Shown piece after piece: positions 51,627-62,213 of a stretch of 64,000 bases of DNA. The first letter of the stretch is position 1. Each line of letters starts with the position of its first letter. Both the position numbers and the translations under genes were made by a program. A model generated the notes under the pieces. That model was not told the origin of the DNA and did not search any database. It saw nothing but the letters and a program-made list of their open reading frames with translations. The DNA comes from Nitrospirota bacterium (GTDB taxonomy: Bacteria; Nitrospirota; UBA9217), in the NCBI GenBank assembly GCA_963749655.1, contig CAVVOB010000012.1:32001-96000 (forward strand), in the 5' to 3' direction.

Positions 51627-53006
51627 TTATTCAGTCATTTTCGACGGATCGAGCAGTCTGTTCAATTCCTCTTTCGAGAGGTTCGTCATCTCGGCGGCGA
51701 CATCCTTTAACGGCCGTCCCTCGGCATAGGCTTTTTTTGCGATCTCAGCAGCCTTGTCATAGCCGATCACGGGATTCAGGGCCGTCACGAGGATCGGGTT
51801 CTTGTCCACGAGCGCCGCGATGCGCTCGCGGTTGATGGTGAAGCCGGCGACCGCCTTGTCTGCAAAAAGCCGGGAAGCGTTGCCGAGCAGGGTAATGGAC
51901 TGGAGCAGGTTGTGGGCGATGACCGGCAGCATGACGTTCAGCTCGAAATTGCCCTGCTGGTTGCCGATTGTGATCGCGGCATCGTTTCCCGTGACCTGGG
52001 CCGCAGACCATCATCATCATTTCGCACATCACCGGGTTCACCTTGCCCGGCATGATGCTCGATCCGGGCTGCAGCGCCGGGAGCGCAGATTTCTCCCAGA
52101 CCGGCGATCGGGCCGCTGTTCATCCAGCGCAGGTCGTTGGCCATCTTCATGAACGACGAGGCGGTCGCCTTCAGCTGTCCTGAAAGCTCGACGGCCGCGT
52201 CCATGGTTGCCTGGGCCGCGAAGTGGTTGTCGGTCTCGACGAAAGGGAGCGAGGTGCGGCCCGCAAGCCGGGAAGCGACGATCTTGCCGAAGTCTTTCGG
52301 CGCGTTCACGCCCGGTGCCCACGGCAGTGCCTCCGAGCGCGAGCTTTGCCAGTCGCGGAAGCGTGGATTCGATGCGCTCGAGCGGCCTGTTGCACCTGAA
52401 ACGCCCAGCCGCTTATCTCCTGGAAAGCTTCACCGGCATTGCGTCCATCAGATGAGTGCGGCCGGTCTTGACGACGGTGCGGAACTCCAGCTCCCGCTTT
52501 TTGAGCGTCACGTGAAGATGTTTGAGGCCGGGGAGCAGCACTTCGCTTACTTCGAGATAAGCGCTCACGTGGATCGCCGCGGGAATGACGTCGTTCGACG
52601 ACTGGCCCATGTTCACGTGATTGTTCGGATGAACCTTCGTTTTTCCGTCGCCCAAAAGCTGCGTTGCCCGGCTTGCGATCACCTCGTTCGCGTTCATGTT
52701 CGTCGAGGTGCCGGAGCCGGTCTGAAAAATGTCGAGCGGGAATTGATCGTCCCATTTCCCCTCAGCCACTTCGAGCGCGGCCAGATGGATCGCATGGGCG
52801 AGGTTCGCGTCGAGCAGCCCGAGGCCGGCGTTCACTTCGGCGGCAAAGGCCTTGATGAGGCCGAGCGCCCGGATGAACACGCGGGGGAACCGGATGCCGC
52901 TCACGGGAAAGTTTTCAACAGCGCGCTGCGTCTGCGCTCCGTAGAGGGCGTCTGCGGGGACATTCACTTCGCCGAGGGAGTCTTTTTCGATGCGATAGGC
53001 GGTCAT
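51627..53006 (-). CDS. fumC: Class II fumarate hydratase (frameshifted)
   Basis: [51 protein letters not shown]. Confidence 0.93.
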
Positions 53007-53120
53007 AAGGGCTGAATCATAATCATTGCGAACATAGAATCAATTATACCTATTCTGTCTTGTTTTTGCACCGTGATTTTAAAAAATGAGAAAGGCTCAA
53101 GCTCCGCTTATCACGCCCGG

Positions 53121-53149
53121 TTGACCATGGGCGGTATTGAATCTATAAT
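53121..53149 (+). promoter_or_regulatory. Sigma70 promoter of malic enzyme
   Basis: TTGACC-17-TATAAT. Confidence 0.7.
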
Positions 53150-53168
53150 AAGACCAGAGGTGAACACT

Positions 53169-54591
53169 ATGACCGAGGTTTGCGCGCCCGGGCTGAACTG
53201 CAGCCCCAGCTACAGCATCACCATCAGGGTGGAGATCGAGAACAGGATCGGCATGTTCGCCAGGATCGCCACGGCCATCTCGAGCGCCGGCGGGGACCTG
53301 GGCTCCGTGGACATTGTGCGGGTGGAGCGGGGCAAGATCATCCGCGACATCACGGTGAACGCACAGAACGAGGAGCACGAAAAGGCGATCGTAAAGGCCA
53401 TCAAGACCGTTGCCGGAGTAAAGGTCCTCCGCGTGGCGGACCGGACGTTCTTCGCCCATGAAGGCGGAAAGATAGAGATCAGGAACAAGCTCCCGGTGCG
53501 CGACCGGAACGACCTGTCCAAGGTCTATACCCCGGGCGTTGCCCGCGTGTGCATGGACATTCATCATCACAAGGAGCACGCGTACCGGTATACGATCAAG
53601 GGCAACTCGGTGGCCGTTATTTCCGACGGGACTGCGGTCCTGGGCTTGGGCGACATCGGACCCGAGGCTGCCCTCCCGGTCATGGAAGGCAAGGCCATGA
53701 TCTTCAAGGAGTTCGCCGGGATCGACGCCTTCCCCATCGTGCTCGATACCAAAGATACCGACGAGATCGTCAACACGGTCAAGAACATCGCACCTGCTTT
53801 CGGCGGCATCAACCTGGAGGATTTTTCCGCGCCCCATTGCTTCGAGGTCGAAGCGCGGCTCAGGAAGCTGCTCGACATCCCCGTGTTCCACGACGACCAG
53901 CACGGCACCTCGGTCGTTGCGCTGGCTGCGCTCATCAATGTATCGCGGCTTTTTAAACGGGACCTCAAGAAGTTCAAGGTGGTCGTCGTCGGCGCCGGCG
54001 CGGCAGGAACAGCGGTCACCAAGATCCTGCTCGCTTCGGGCGTCCGGGACATCATCGTCTGCGACAGAAGCGGAGCGCTGTACGCGGGCAGGAAGCAGCA
54101 TATGGACCCGTATAAACGGCAGCTTGCCAAAATCACGAACCCCCGCACGGTGAAAGGGCAGCATCTCCGATGCCATGAAGGGGGCGAATGTATTTATCGG
54201 CCTGTCGGCGCCGAATGTGATCACGGCCGACGATGTGAGAAGCATGGCCAGGGACCCTGTTGTCTTCGCCCTCGCGAACCCGGACCCGGAAATATCCCCC
54301 GAGGAAGTCAACGAGTTCGTCCGGGTCATGGCCACTGGCAGGTCGGACTATCCGAACCAGATAAACAACATGCTCGGCTTCCCGGGCATCTTCCGCGGTC
54401 TTTTGGATGTCCGCGCCCGGGGCGTGAACGAAGCCGTAAAGCTTGCCGCGGCAAAAGCCATCGCCCAAAGCATCGAGACCGAAGAGCTGCACGAGGACTA
54501 CATCATCCCCAGCCCCTTTGACCGCAAGGTGCCGGCAAGGGTCGCCGCAGCCGTTGCAGAAACGGCAAAGAAAACGGGGCTTACAAAATAG
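53169..54591 (+). CDS. NAD(P)-dependent malic enzyme with N-terminal ACT domain (one indel near 54160)
   Basis: YTPGVA, DGTAVLGLG, VMEGK, INLED, FHDDQHGT, GAGAAG, ALANP, TGRSDYPNQINN. Confidence 0.92.
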
Positions 54592-54703
54592 GAGTTTTGA
54601 GTTTTTAGGTTTGAGTTCATAGTTGAAAATATGTCAGCATGCGGCCAGAACTTTTGCTACTCGAAACTCAAAACTCAAAACTCAGAACTAATAACTCATA
54701 ACT
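54592..54703. repeat. Inverted pair of heptamer arrays (GAGTTTT-like / AAAACTC-like)
   Basis: GAGTTTTGAGTTTTTAGGTTTGAGTT ... AACTCAAAACTCAAAACTCAGAACTAATAACTC. Confidence 0.8.
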
Positions 54704-54722
54704 GCCATCGAGCGAGGTATTC

Positions 54723-55994
54723 ATGAACCGCAACCACGAACGCCTGCATCTCGACGAGAAGGACCTTCGCAGTCTCGGCATGACCGAACTGCAGACCATT
54801 TACGCCGAACTCGGGCTCACCCAGGCAGAGCTGGACATCCTGTCCGTGCCCAGGCGGTCCTTTACCGTGGCCTTCCCCGTCAAGATGACCACGGGCAAGA
54901 CGCAGATGTTCACCGGCTACCGCGTGCAGTACAACGACGCGCGCGGTCCCGCCAAAGGCGGCATCCGGTTCCATCCGGAGCTGGACGAGGAGCATACGAG
55001 CGAGCTCGCCTTTCTCATGGCGCTCAAGTGCGCGGTGGTGAACATTCCCTTCGGAGGCGCGAAGGGCGGCGTGGCGGTCAGCCCCATGGACCTTTCGCGG
55101 CGCGACCTTGAGCTCGTGACCCGCGGATATATTCGCGCGATCGCCGATTACATCGGCCCCTTCAAGGACATTCCCGCGCCGGACGTGTATACCGATGAAC
55201 AGATCATGGCCTGGATCCTCGACGAATATGAGCGGATCAGGCGCGAGCACGTGCCTGCCGTGGTGACGGGCAAGCCTCCGGAGCTCGGCGGCGTGTCGGC
55301 CCGCAGATACTCGACGGCGCTGGGGGGCATTCATGTGCTCGAACAGGCGCTGAAGAAGCTGGGGAAGGACCCGCAAGGGCTGCGGGTCGCGATCCAGGGT
55401 TTCGGCAACGTGGGGGAACACACGGCGCGCCTGCTGCATGAACGGGGGTATGCGATTGTAGCCGTGACCGACGTGAACGGCGGCATCATGGCGCCCGGCG
55501 GCCTGGATATTCCCGCGGTGATCGGGCACAAGACACGAACGGGCACGGTTGTGGGTTTCCCGGACGCGAGGGCGGTTACGAACGCCGAACTGCTCACCAT
55601 TGACTGCGATGTCCTGGTCCCTGCGGCCCTGTCGAACCAGCTCGATGCAGCCAACGCGAAAGAGGTCAAGGCCCCGATCGTCCTGGAGCTGGCGAACGCG
55701 CCCACGACGGCCGCTGCAGACGATCTGTTCTTCGACCGCGGCGTCCTGCTCATACCGGACATCCTCGCGAACGCGGGCGGCGTGGTGGTGAGCTATTTCG
55801 AGTGGAGCCAGAACCTGAGCAATGATACGTGGCCGGACGAGAAGGTCCTGGACCGGCTGGAGCAGACCATGATCACGGCTTTCAATGACGTCTACGCACG
55901 CTGCAGCGAAACGCGCTGCAGGATGCGCAAGGCGGCCTATGAGCTTGCGGTCAGGAGGATCCTGGATGCCGAGCGCCTGAGGGGCAACCTCTGA
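54723..55994 (+). CDS. gdhA: Glu/Leu/Phe/Val dehydrogenase (glutamate dehydrogenase)
   Basis: GPAKGGIRF, FGGAKGG, DIPAPD, VTGKP, QGFGNVG, PDILANAGGV. Confidence 0.92.
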   Translation: MNRNHERLHLDEKDLRSLGMTELQTIYAELGLTQAELDILSVPRRSFTVAFPVKMTTGKTQMFTGYRVQYNDARGPAKGGIRFHPELDEEHTSELAFLMALKCAVVNIPFGGAKGGVAVSPMDLSRRDLELVTRGYIRAIADYIGPFKDIPAPDVYTDEQIMAWILDEYERIRREHVPAVVTGKPPELGGVSARRYSTALGGIHVLEQALKKLGKDPQGLRVAIQGFGNVGEHTARLLHERGYAIVAVTDVNGGIMAPGGLDIPAVIGHKTRTGTVVGFPDARAVTNAELLTIDCDVLVPAALSNQLDAANAKEVKAPIVLELANAPTTAAADDLFFDRGVLLIPDILANAGGVVVSYFEWSQNLSNDTWPDEKVLDRLEQTMITAFNDVYARCSETRCRMRKAAYELAVRRILDAERLRGNL

Positions 55995-56120
55995 CGGCCC
56001 GGCCGCGTCTATTCAAAATACTGCTATAATCAAAGAGGGAAGCGTGCCGCATTCCAATGCCGTGGGGGGAAGGATGGATTTCGAGCATCTGTCCGGGACC
56101 GTGCGGAGGAGGAGGGCGTC

Positions 56121-56954
56121 ATGGCGAAAGAACTGTTCAACAGCGGGAAACACAGGTGTATGGTCTTCGATGATCTCCTGAAGGAAGCGCACCTTCAGGG
56201 AGGAGACGTACAATCCAATCAGTTTCTCATCACCCACACCGGCCCCGATAACTACGAGGAAGGCCTCCTGTTCGACCCCGGCGGCAGCAAGCTGGTCACC
56301 ATCCTGCATCAGCAGTTGACGAAATACATTCCCACAAACCGGATCAGGAAACTCGTGCTCTCGCATCAGGACCCCGACATAGGGGCAGGCGCGGCCATGT
56401 GGCTCATGATGGCCGGAACGAACACGAAGATCTACGTCTCGAACCTGTGGGTCCGGTTCGTACCGCACTTCTCCCGCAGCGACATAAAGGACGACGTCTT
56501 TGTTCCCATCCCCGATGAGGGAATGACCATCGATCTGAACACCTGCAGCCTCCGCATGGTTCCGGCGCACTTTCTTCATTCGCCGGGCAATTTTCAGCTC
56601 TACGATCCGCTGGCCCGCATTCTTTTCTCCGGCGATCTCGGCACATCGCTCCTGTCCGGGGAACCCTTCAGCCCGGTGACGGATTTCGAGGGGCATATCA
56701 AGCACATGGAAGTTTTTCACCGAAGATACATGTCGGCGAACCGGGCCTGCAGGCTCTGGGCAGGGCTGGTTCGCAGTCTTGATATCGAGATGATAATCCC
56801 CCAGCACGGAACCAAGTATTTTGCCGGAAAAGCAATGGTGAATAAATTCATCGACTGGGTAGAGAGCCTTGCGTGCGGGGCCGATGTTCTTTCCGAGGAC
56901 CTCTATGCCGGGGCGAAAGCAGTAATCGTGTCGAATAAACGCTCGACAGCGTGA
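56121..56954 (+). CDS. MBL-fold protein, ODP (oxygen-binding di-iron)/FprA-like
   Basis: QSNQFLI, DPGG, SHQDPD, AHFLHSPGN, FSGD, FHRRYM, PQHG; no flavodoxin domain. Confidence 0.8.
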   Translation: MAKELFNSGKHRCMVFDDLLKEAHLQGGDVQSNQFLITHTGPDNYEEGLLFDPGGSKLVTILHQQLTKYIPTNRIRKLVLSHQDPDIGAGAAMWLMMAGTNTKIYVSNLWVRFVPHFSRSDIKDDVFVPIPDEGMTIDLNTCSLRMVPAHFLHSPGNFQLYDPLARILFSGDLGTSLLSGEPFSPVTDFEGHIKHMEVFHRRYMSANRACRLWAGLVRSLDIEMIIPQHGTKYFAGKAMVNKFIDWVESLACGADVLSEDLYAGAKAVIVSNKRSTA

Positions 56955-57183
56955 ATCTCTGAGTGAGCGTACGGCGAGGGTCATATTTCGACAGGGCGAG
57001 AGCTTTTAGCGCGGAGATTTTTGCCGTACTTCTTCTCGTGCTGCGGGTTTGACACACCAGGCGGTAAAAAAATGACACACTGGTGCTCGCGTTTTTGTTC
57101 CCTGTTATTCGCATCCTATTGATATTACGTACATCTGCCAGATCTCTGTTCGCAGCCCCTGCTTTCTCCACCCTTGTCAGGCA

Positions 57184-57199
57184 AGGCACAAATGTTGCT
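57184..57199 (+). promoter_or_regulatory. Putative sigma54 promoter
   Basis: AGGCACAAATGTTGCT matches GGCAC-N5-TTGC. Confidence 0.55.
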
Positions 57200-57464
57200 A
57201 TTTACTTATGCAGGCATAATTTTTTTTTATGCGGGACCGAATCTGCCCCTTTTCTGTATTATAATAAAATTTAAGGTGAGCGGACGAGGATGAGTCCGGC
57301 GTGCAGGCGTCCGCAGCAGCCGACGGGCGGCAGTGATTGAAAATGAAGCGGAAAGGGACAGGGGTGGCACGAGAGCTGTCATTCGCCCAAGGGGGGGCCG
57401 GGACACAGCAGCGAACTGTCGTTTATTTTTTTTACCATCCTGAAGAAAGGGTAGGTGATGAGTT

Positions 57465-57911
57465 ATGAAGAGGGAACTCGCCGACCAATTCAACCGGGAA
57501 GTGGAAAATTACCGGAGGGCCCTCCTGTATCATGCACAGACGCGCGACTGGAAAACATTCCAGGCAAAGGCAGGAAGGATGTTCGATTACGTGGAGTCGA
57601 TTGAGTTCAAGGAACTGGAACGGAGGTTTTTCAGGATTTTCAATCTCGTCCTGGGCGCCCTTGTCGTTGTCGTTATCGCCGTTTTCAACGTGGATTTCGA
57701 GATGCACGGGGACCTGCTGCCTCTGAAGAACAATGTCCTGTTTTCCGCGTTCGCCGTCAGCAGTTTTGAGCTCTATTTTTACATCGGCTACCGGCGGTAT
57801 GTCGGAGCAAGGACCGCCGAATACACGAAGCGGCGCGAGAAGTTCATTCGCGTTATCGAGCGCGATTTCCGGTCCTATACCACCCAACCGGAGGAGCGTC
57901 TGGCGGCATGA
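57465..57911 (+). CDS. Hypothetical two-TM membrane protein
   Basis: 148-aa ORF with RBS and two hydrophobic segments; family not recognised. Confidence 0.65.
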   Translation: MKRELADQFNREVENYRRALLYHAQTRDWKTFQAKAGRMFDYVESIEFKELERRFFRIFNLVLGALVVVVIAVFNVDFEMHGDLLPLKNNVLFSAFAVSSFELYFYIGYRRYVGARTAEYTKRREKFIRVIERDFRSYTTQPEERLAA

Positions 57912-58030
57912 GGAAATTTTCTCCTCACCCCGCGCGCTTCTCCGGGAAAAGACGCAAAACAGCAGGAGCGTCTATGAGTTTTGCTGCAGCCATGTCGCTG
58001 CACATCAGTATTCAGTTTGTCGAGAGAAGC

Positions 58031-58120
58031 GAGTCCCGATAAAGCCAAACCTTTTGCGAAAAGGGGACGGAATGTTACGAGTCCTTCGGTACGGGAAGAC
58101 GGCCGGGCTGCCGAAGGATG
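58031..58120 (+). ncRNA. c-di-GMP-I (GEMM-I) riboswitch
   Basis: CGATAAAG-CC-AAA-CCTTTT-GCGA-AAAGGG-GAC-GG-AAT-G...GTC...GAC-GGCCGGGCTGCCGAA matches the GEMM-I P2 with GNRA loop and the conserved 3' end. Confidence 0.8.
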
Positions 58121-58147
58121 TGAAGGCGCAGACCCGGCTTTTTGTTT
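58102..58147 (+). terminator. Riboswitch expression-platform terminator
   Basis: GCCGGG...CCCGGC-TTTTTGTTT; the 5' arm lies inside the aptamer. Confidence 0.65.
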
Positions 58148-58224
58148 GCCGGCATTGCGGGAAAGGACCGGCTGTATGCGGATCATTATGAAAGAGGATC
58201 GTCATGCCGGGAGGTGCACGGCAA

Positions 58225-58617
58225 ATGGATCGAAAGACGCCGGTTTTGATATACGATGCACAATGCCCCGTCTGCTCGGGCACGATCAAATGGATCGAGA
58301 AGAATGAAATTCCGGGCTCCTTTGAGATGGTTCCCTGCCAGTCCGAAAGCATGTCCGCGAGGTTCCCCGGAGTCCCTATGGACAATTGCATGAAAGCCCT
58401 GCACCTGGTCCTGCCCGGCGGCAACGTGCTTGTCGGCGAGGAAGCGCTGCCGGAGATTCTTGCCCGGACCGGACGTTTTCGCATGGCTGCGCTGCTGTTC
58501 AGGCTGCCCGGCGCTGCTTTGATCTCACGTATCCTGTACCGCTGGTTTGCCGATCGCAGGTACCGGATTGCGGGAATCCTGTCCCATGCGATGGGAAACA
58601 GGAAAAAACCGGGATAG
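58225..58617 (+). CDS. DCC family thiol-disulfide oxidoreductase (DUF393)
   Basis: LIYDAQCPVC (DxxCxxC); YRWFADRRY. Confidence 0.88.
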   Translation: MDRKTPVLIYDAQCPVCSGTIKWIEKNEIPGSFEMVPCQSESMSARFPGVPMDNCMKALHLVLPGGNVLVGEEALPEILARTGRFRMAALLFRLPGAALISRILYRWFADRRYRIAGILSHAMGNRKKPG

Positions 58618-58898
58618 AGCCGTGCGCGGAACTCTGGTGCGCTTTTTTTGTGCGAAGTGAAAGAACCTGCAACCGCAGTACCCCTCAGGGTGCGTGAACC
58701 CGCAGACCGACGATCCGATGCGTCCCCCGCCCCTTCAGCCAATTTCGCAAAATATCATTTTTTACTTTATCTTAGCTCTCATTTCATATATACTTTTTCA
58801 GTATCTTTGCGGGCAGCGATCCGCTGAGCCACCCGCCGCAGGCGGTCGGGCATTGGGGAAATCAACGGGAAGGCCCCGGGGGGGGGGAGTTTCTGATC

Positions 58899-59336
58899 AT
58901 GAAAATTTCCGAAATCATCAAACATGCAATCGAAAAGAAAGGGTATCGGAATCTCAAGGACGCGTCCAAGGCGGTCGGCATAAGCCCGGAGCTTCTGCGG
59001 GTGATCATGATAAAAGGACATGTTCCGAAAGACAAAACCCTCATCATGATCGCGAACAAACTGGGTCTGGACAAGTCTACGCTGATCCTGTCCGCTCACC
59101 AGGAAAAAGTTCCCCTCGAGGTGAAAGGGTTTTTCCTGGCGCCTGCTGAACCACGGTACCGGCAGGGAAAGCGGGTCTTCCCCCTGTCGACGGAGCAGTG
59201 CGACTACCTTGCCAAGGTCATGATGCCCGACGAGATTCAGGTGATCCGCAAATACCGGCAGGTTACCGACGAAGGCAGGACCCAGATCGCCGGCTATATC
59301 GATTACATGTTCGCGACAAAGCGGCAGCGAAACTGA
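58899..59336 (+). CDS. XRE-like HTH transcriptional regulator
   Basis: LKDASKAVGISPELLRVI HTH, IANKLGLD, C-terminal E..VI.KYR.V...GR. Confidence 0.65.
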   Translation: MKISEIIKHAIEKKGYRNLKDASKAVGISPELLRVIMIKGHVPKDKTLIMIANKLGLDKSTLILSAHQEKVPLEVKGFFLAPAEPRYRQGKRVFPLSTEQCDYLAKVMMPDEIQVIRKYRQVTDEGRTQIAGYIDYMFATKRQRN

Positions 59337-59407
59337 CAGGGCCGGTCCGCGCAAAAAGAGCGCGGCGTCACTCCGTCATGCCGCATGCCAGATTCAGTGA
59401 GGTCTGA

Positions 59408-60277
59408 TTGAAACGCTCCCTCTTTATCATCGTCACGCTGTCCCTCGTATTTCTGCGGTCGCCGGTTGCGGAGGCGGTGCCCCAGAAGGCGATCGCTGCC
59501 AAGGCAGCGGTGGTCATGGATTACTCCGGCGCGGTCCTCTATTCGAAGTTCGGGGACTCGAAACTCGCTCCCGCGAGCACCGTCAAGCTGGTCACCGCCA
59601 TGGTGGTCATCGACAGCATCAGTCCCGACCAAAAGGTGACGATCAGCAGGAACGCGGGCAGAATACGTTCCATTCAGCCGCGGATCCATTCCGACGAGGA
59701 ACTGACCGTTTCCGATCTCCTTCACCTTGCCCTGATGAAGTCCGTGAACTCCGCGGCTGTGGCTCTTGCCGAGGCAACGGCGGGCACGGAGCAGGATTTC
59801 GTCGTGCTGATGAACAATAAGGCGGCGGCAATCGGCGCGCACAACACACTCTTTGCAAATGCGTCGGGGCTCCCGCGAAGCGGTGTGCAGTATACAACGG
59901 CCGCCGATCTCGCTCTGATCCTCAGGACCGCGCTCACCTACCCTCTCATCAGGGAAATCCTCGGCAAAAAAGCGTGCATTATCAGGACCGGCGCGGGACG
60001 GGAGATCGTTCTCGAGAATTCGAACGGACTGCTCTGGGAGAACGACAACGTGATCGGCGGAAAGACCGGCTACACGGGTGATGCCCGGCACTGTTTCGTC
60101 TGTGCCATCAGCACGGACAAGGGCCCCTTGTTCACGGCAGTGCTCGGCGCCCGGTCGCGAAGCAGCCTCTGGAAAAGCACGCTCACGCTGACGGAAATCG
60201 GCATGCACCCCGATGAGATAAAACTGAAGGAAAAGACGCGCCTGCGGCGTCCGGCCCGGAACGAGGAACAGCACTAG
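59408..60277 (+). CDS. D-alanyl-D-alanine carboxypeptidase (S11)
   Basis: ASTVK (SxxK), SVN, FANASGL, KTG. Confidence 0.92.
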   Translation: MKRSLFIIVTLSLVFLRSPVAEAVPQKAIAAKAAVVMDYSGAVLYSKFGDSKLAPASTVKLVTAMVVIDSISPDQKVTISRNAGRIRSIQPRIHSDEELTVSDLLHLALMKSVNSAAVALAEATAGTEQDFVVLMNNKAAAIGAHNTLFANASGLPRSGVQYTTAADLALILRTALTYPLIREILGKKACIIRTGAGREIVLENSNGLLWENDNVIGGKTGYTGDARHCFVCAISTDKGPLFTAVLGARSRSSLWKSTLTLTEIGMHPDEIKLKEKTRLRRPARNEEQH

Positions 60278-60355
60278 CGCCCGGCGCCCCTTTACCTGTC
60301 TCACGAATGCGGGGAACAAAGACATCACGATTTGCGGAATGCCGGCCGAGAGGGA

Positions 60356-61147
60356 ATGACCCCGAGTATGGATACGGAGTATCTTTCCTGCAAGACGCCG
60401 ACCTGCCGAAGCACTGCTAACAACATTTCTGCGTCCGTTGCGCTTGCCTTGATCGAATACCACTCGCAGTATCGTCCCGGATACGCGTTGACCTCGGGAT
60501 GTGAACGGTGCAACCGGACCAGTTCCTACACCTGCGACGAGGTCCTCGCTCTCATCCCTCCGAGCCGGCGTCCCGCGTCCCTGCAGCACGACCATTTCTG
60601 GTCCTTTATCGTGATCGAATTTCAGACAGAAAAGAGCGGAGAATTTCGGACCTTCCTGGGCGACCGGCTGCTCGTGCAGCGGCTGTATACCGAGGCGGAT
60701 ACCGGCTGGTACGGCATTGTCAGGTCCCTGTCGCCGTACGCTTCAACCCTGACCATCGGCAGTTATGTCAGGGGCCGCCCCTGGGGCCGGTACGAGCACT
60801 GCGTGTCCGTTGTCGAGGAAGGAATTCCCAAGCCCCTGCCGCGGCCCGCAAAGATCACGCGCACCAGCAGTTATGCGATCTTCCTCTCCCCGGCAGCGAG
60901 CGCGCGCGACCTGCTGTGCGCCAATATCGCCTGCAGCAACCCTTCTTGCGGGTTCCTGTACAGCACCATCACTTTTGAAAAATTCAAAAAGGTTGCCGAA
61001 CCGGCGCCGGTGATCAAACCCTACTACAGCACCGGCGACGTACCGGTCATGACGCTCCATTGCGAGTTTTGTGGAGCCGCGCGCGTGGTCGATGAAAGGT
61101 CCTTTGAGGGGCTGTTTCGGGGAAACCTTTCGGAATTCAAGCAGTGA
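60356..61147 (+). CDS. Hypothetical protein with two Cx4C...CxxC zinc-ribbon motifs
   Basis: CKTPTC...CERC and CSNPSC...CEFC. Confidence 0.55.
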   Translation: MTPSMDTEYLSCKTPTCRSTANNISASVALALIEYHSQYRPGYALTSGCERCNRTSSYTCDEVLALIPPSRRPASLQHDHFWSFIVIEFQTEKSGEFRTFLGDRLLVQRLYTEADTGWYGIVRSLSPYASTLTIGSYVRGRPWGRYEHCVSVVEEGIPKPLPRPAKITRTSSYAIFLSPAASARDLLCANIACSNPSCGFLYSTITFEKFKKVAEPAPVIKPYYSTGDVPVMTLHCEFCGAARVVDERSFEGLFRGNLSEFKQ

Positions 61148-61159
61148 TATGAGGAGTTC

Positions 61160-61525
61160 ATGAAGACCAAGAAGAACATCATTATCGTCGGCGACCGGGT
61201 GCTCATCGATCCCGATGAGCAGATGAACAGGACCCCGTCGGGGCTCTACCTCCCTCCCACGGTCAAAGAAAAGGAAAAGATCCTCGGGGGCCACGTGGTC
61301 AAGGTCGGTCCGGGGTACGCCATCCCCGATACGACTCCGGACGAGTCCTGGCAATCAGGGAAAAAAGAAGTGCGGTACGTGCCGCTCCAGGCTTCCGAGG
61401 GGGATTACGCTGTTTTTTTGAAGGACACGGCAATGGAGATCGAGTTTGAAGAGAAAAAGTACCTCATCGTGCCCCATTCGGCGATCCTGGCGCTGGTGAG
61501 GACGGAAATAGCCGAGGACAATTGA
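61160..61525 (+). CDS. GroES family co-chaperone (no groEL adjacent)
   Basis: GDRVLI, TPSGLYLP, VVKVGPG, YLIVPHSAILA. Confidence 0.88.
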   Translation: MKTKKNIIIVGDRVLIDPDEQMNRTPSGLYLPPTVKEKEKILGGHVVKVGPGYAIPDTTPDESWQSGKKEVRYVPLQASEGDYAVFLKDTAMEIEFEEKKYLIVPHSAILALVRTEIAEDN

Positions 61526-61607
61526 CCACGGTGGCTCGATTTTGGCGGGCCGCTCATTCCCGCCGCGGGCCGGGGATAATCCGCAGAAATCACACCGGAG
61601 GTGTGCA

Positions 61608-62066
61608 ATGAATGCGAACAGTGCGGGCAGGATCACACCGGGACTCCTCATAATCATCGTCATCGTTCTTTTTGCGGCGATTCAACTGGTTCCCTACGGA
61701 AGGGACCACGTTAATCCGCGCGTGGTGCGGGAACCGCTGTGGGACAGCCCTGCTACCCGCGAGACCTTTTTCCGCGTGTGCAAGAACTGCCACAGCAACG
61801 AGACCCTGTGGCCGAGGTACGGCAACATCGCGCCCCTTTCGTGGGTGGTGCAGAGCGATGTCGACGAGGGGCGTTCGGAGTTCAACGTCTCGGAATGGCA
61901 GCGGCCCAAGAACAAGGGAAACAAGGCAGCCAAAGAAGTGCGTGAGAACGACATGCCCCCGTGGTATTACCGTCCGCTCCATCCCGAGTCCCGTTTGACC
62001 GACGGGGAGCGCGCGGCCTTTGTCCAGGGCCTGGTTCGCACCTTCGGCGAGGAAGCGAAAAAGTAG
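61608..62066 (+). CDS. Haem-binding domain c-type cytochrome
   Basis: CKNCHSNET.WP.Y...APLSW...GR..FN.S.W...MPP. Confidence 0.88.
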   Translation: MNANSAGRITPGLLIIIVIVLFAAIQLVPYGRDHVNPRVVREPLWDSPATRETFFRVCKNCHSNETLWPRYGNIAPLSWVVQSDVDEGRSEFNVSEWQRPKNKGNKAAKEVRENDMPPWYYRPLHPESRLTDGERAAFVQGLVRTFGEEAKK

Positions 62067-62213
62067 TTTGTAGTTTGTAGTTTTTAGTTTTGAGTTTTTA
62101 GTTATGAGTGTCGAATCAGAATAAAAATGCACGATCTGGAAACGAGAGGGATCCCGGCAATTCCGCTACTGACCGCACGGATCGTATGCTGAGACGCGTC
62201 TTTCACGGGAGCA

